From Balanoglossus misakiensis (taxonomy: Eukaryota; Animalia; Hemichordata), in contig CM082591.2 of NCBI GenBank assembly GCA_040954595.2, positions 5,053,009-5,117,008 of the forward strand: 64,000 nt of DNA. The letters are read 5' to 3'. The notes beneath the pieces are model-generated. The model ran no database searches. It saw nothing but the letters and a program-made list of their open reading frames with translations, and was not told where the DNA came from. Shown here in pieces: positions 60,900-64,000 of the stretch. The translations under genes were made by a program, and so were the position numbers. How positions within the stretch are numbered: position 1 is the first letter of the stretch; every line of letters starts with the position of its first letter.

Positions 60900-62840
60900 T
60901 TTCCTGTCCAGGTCCAACTTCCGACTTCCGCGGCGCGTAACCACGCAACGCCCCGTCGAAATAATATAGTCTTCCGAATACATGTAGGTCACATATCTCG
61001 GCCGTTGGGAATACAGAAGGCACTATTTATGAGTAGGGATGTGTTTGAATACAGTATAATTTGACGAGATGCACGCACAAGTTTGTCCTTACCAAATTAA
61101 GAGAAACCGACAGACTTCTCAAACCAAAACTTGAAACCGTAAATAAGAGAAGAAAGATTTCAAATCTTCAAGGAGCAATAAATCGAAGGCCGACAAAAAG
61201 TGGGTGAAAACCACAAACTGAACGCCTGTAGTTAAACATTCAACCTACAATTACTGGGTCCGCCAGTCGTGCGACAGTACACTGTGGTACGGGAGAAGTG
61301 TTTTCCTCCCGATCTATGATAACTTATCAGAATTAAATATCAGGTAACAGCTAGGCTAATACGCCAGCCACTATTATACACATTAGGGTTTGGAATGGCC
61401 AATGCATTTTACGAGAACAAATAGGAAATTCTCATTTTGATCATGATAAATTTAAATATACTTTGAAGAAACCAGGGTTTTCGATAAACAAATTAACTTT
61501 TGACCGTCGCGATATTTGACTGTCCATCTCCGTGTCAGAAACGACAGAAAGTCGTTATTTTTCTTCAAAATGGCCGTCACCGCTATCAAAGTCACACAAC
61601 TGCCTTCCTTGACATATGTATGATTGCGTAATATGCCTAAACGTCATATAACATTCCAGCGTTCCACTCCCATGCAGGTGTTAATATAACATAACAATCA
61701 TGATTCGTCATCGTTTCCACCTCACTGTAGAGTAAACATGGGTCTTTCACGTGCACACCCAGTCTGCTGTTGTGCTCTCAACAACAACAAGTAGTAATTC
61801 TATTGAAAACGCGGGACAGTTTCATTTCAGCGAATACTTTCTATGGCCGTCAAGGATGTTCTTTGTGTCACTCTGTTCAATAAATGGCACAGGGAGGCCT
61901 TTTTGTGGTCATCGGTCAGTGTCCTCGAAACGCCGTACGCGAGCCGCACACCGCGGTATTGACGAGAACACAGGAGACGGCCGCAGCGATGTGACGTGTG
62001 CGGCCGTGATTCATTTTGACGCTGGCCGAAACAATGTGAAATTGTTTGTATTGCGACTTGGAAGACGCAAAGGCGTGGTGCCGACCATGACTTCGCAATC
62101 TCTGTAGAACCACTTGAGGCCAAAAATATCAGGAAGGCCACATTTTAAATATAAATGTCTTTAGCCTTTATAAAATTGGCCTAGTATCAAGTGGTAAAAT
62201 TCCAATATCACTTGAACGTTGCACTTCATGTCCTACAGACAAACAGCTCAACAATATAACCGCCTATATTCGCCCCGATTGCTGTAAAACTAAGCAATTC
62301 ACATTTTGCTGAAATACAGTAGATTTTTGGCAACTCTGATAATTTTTAACAGACCATGGAGTTCATAAACCGAAAATCCTTATACGGTTTCTAAGGAAAC
62401 AACTTAAATGAATTAGAGTCCGACTTAGCACACATGTGTTTTGGCAGGGCAGAAACCTGTTCGATCTAATGATTCAAATTAATGAGTCAGATGGAAGCGT
62501 TTCGGGTCGGGGTCAGGGTTCACCGTGACTAAATCAAATGCATGCTTCACCGACCCGACGCCGGTATGTTGACATGGAGACGCGACAAAACACTGGTATC
62601 AGGTGCGTGACAACGCGTACGCTCCGAGTCACGTGACACCGACCTCCTACAACAAAGCCAACTACCAGCCGGTGTACAGTGTACATTGTATTATTGTCCG
62701 GTCGATTGGCCCGTCGGCAGCTGTCGGCGGATAGGAAGCGTGTGTGGACGGCGAATGCTATGCTTGAAGCGTTAAACCCGAGCGACTGCAAGACACAGCG
62801 ACTGCCAGCTCTCGTGCCCAGCCTCCTCGTTGAAAGGTAA
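60900..62840 (+). promoter_or_regulatory. CpG-rich promoter-like region, possibly the 5' end of a gene downstream of the window
   Basis: Tandem ACTTCCG at ~60917-60930, AAAATGGCCG at ~61568, AP-1 TGAGTCA at ~62483, E-box GTCACGTGAC at ~62628; donor-like sites CAG|gtaaca (61323) and AAG|gtaaat (62836); no coding exon recognised. Confidence 0.3.
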
Positions 62841-64000
62841 ATTTGTATTCTCAGGAATTTTTGTAGCGGCTTCAAGACTGTTGGTTTAAGGTCGTGTCCC
62901 TCTTTTTAAAAAAAAATCGACTTCTGACCTGATCTCGCGACCAAGTTCATGAGCGTGTCTGCTCACCCCCCCCCCACCTCGCGGGCGTTCGTTAACCCCA
63001 GACCCATCCCTCCAAAGCATGAACGGATAACACATCCAGCAATGCAGCTCAGATTTAAAAGATTTCGACGGGCGAGGAATCTCTCAACTGACGACCGGTC
63101 AGTTTGTCGTCGGACGGCCGCGAGTATGTGCACATTTTGGACGTTAGACTTCCAGCGGCAGCGTTATCAGAACACTTGACATTATGAAGTATGTTGTTCT
63201 ATCGATTTTTTTACATCCCCCATGGCCGCTTTAATACAGCCCAAATGACATCATAAATCAGTGCGTATACCACGGTCGTTTCCATGGTTTCGGCCTAGTA
63301 TTTTGGGACCTACTTTGAAGAAGAAAATAAACCAGAACACGGAGCGACAATTTATGCTATTAATGCGCTGTTCGTTTGCTATGACTGTTTACTTATACTT
63401 CACAAGTGAGTTTGTTGTTTTTTCGCGAGGACACGGTCGGAGATTGTGGTTTCTCATGTAGTAGCCTACGTGCGCAAATATCGTATAACCATACATTTGG
63501 TAGACTACTGTCATGGTTAGTCCGACACATGTCTATTAGTCCACGCGTATGTTTGAGAACTGTGACGCTAACGGCACGATTTTTTTATGAACTCGGTCAA
63601 GTCATCATGATAGACAATAACATTTTATTACCCTCGTTGTCTGCAACGTGGTAAACTTGGTTCGATTCGGCAGTTTCGTACCCCCACACGGATCACGTTG
63701 CAATCCCCGTGTGGTCGTCTGGAGAAAACTACACTGAACACACGCACGACACCGACCCAAGACAAATTGCGGTACTTGACACACGAGCATTGGCAATATC
63801 TTGAAACGTTCAGACCAGCCTGCACAACACCAAACACCGTCAGCGGTGCACCCGGCATTGATACCGTTGTGGTCAACGAACGGTCACACACGTTTGGACG
63901 ACAGTATGATCAATTCGCTGGTTTAATCGTGGTAACAGTGTCGGACTCGTCTCCATGAGCAGTGTGTGTATACCGCCGCGTAACCCTGCTCTAAAATCGC

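Noticed and set aside
61751-63958. Short ORFs near the right end
   Set aside because: No recognisable domains and no consistent splice-phase chain.

Overview
AT-rich animal genomic DNA with spliceosomal introns; gene content and repeat style suggest an invertebrate deuterostome such as a hemichordate (inference). Genes: (1) an intronless TRIM-NHL E3 ligase (RING, 2 B-boxes, coiled coil, filamin, NHL) at 2051-4273 (-); (2) a six-exon ELOVL4-like fatty-acid elongase at 12352-15188 (+); (3) a convergent ETV6/TEL/yan-family PNT+ETS transcription factor at 20930-32087 (-), whose last intron appears to be GC-AG, with a PLDLS CtBP motif, a candidate 27-nt microexon and probable alternative non-coding first exons out to ~47.3 kb; (4) a tail-to-tail pair of single-exon-CDS, paralogous multi-pass membrane proteins I cannot assign to a family (50111-51520 +, 52541-54670 -), one with a long N-terminus of repeated amphipathic helices. 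This pair is the best novelty candidate. Repeats include four dispersed arrays of a 62-bp palindromic unit with a shared flank, a 94-bp perfect-hairpin insertion with a 10-bp TSD just after the ELOVL stop, a TTAA-flanked ~1-kb Kolobok/T2-like MITE, piggyBac-like mini-MITEs, a ~172-bp tandem repeat and a tRNA-like SINE head. All coordinates were read by hand and no database searches were run.
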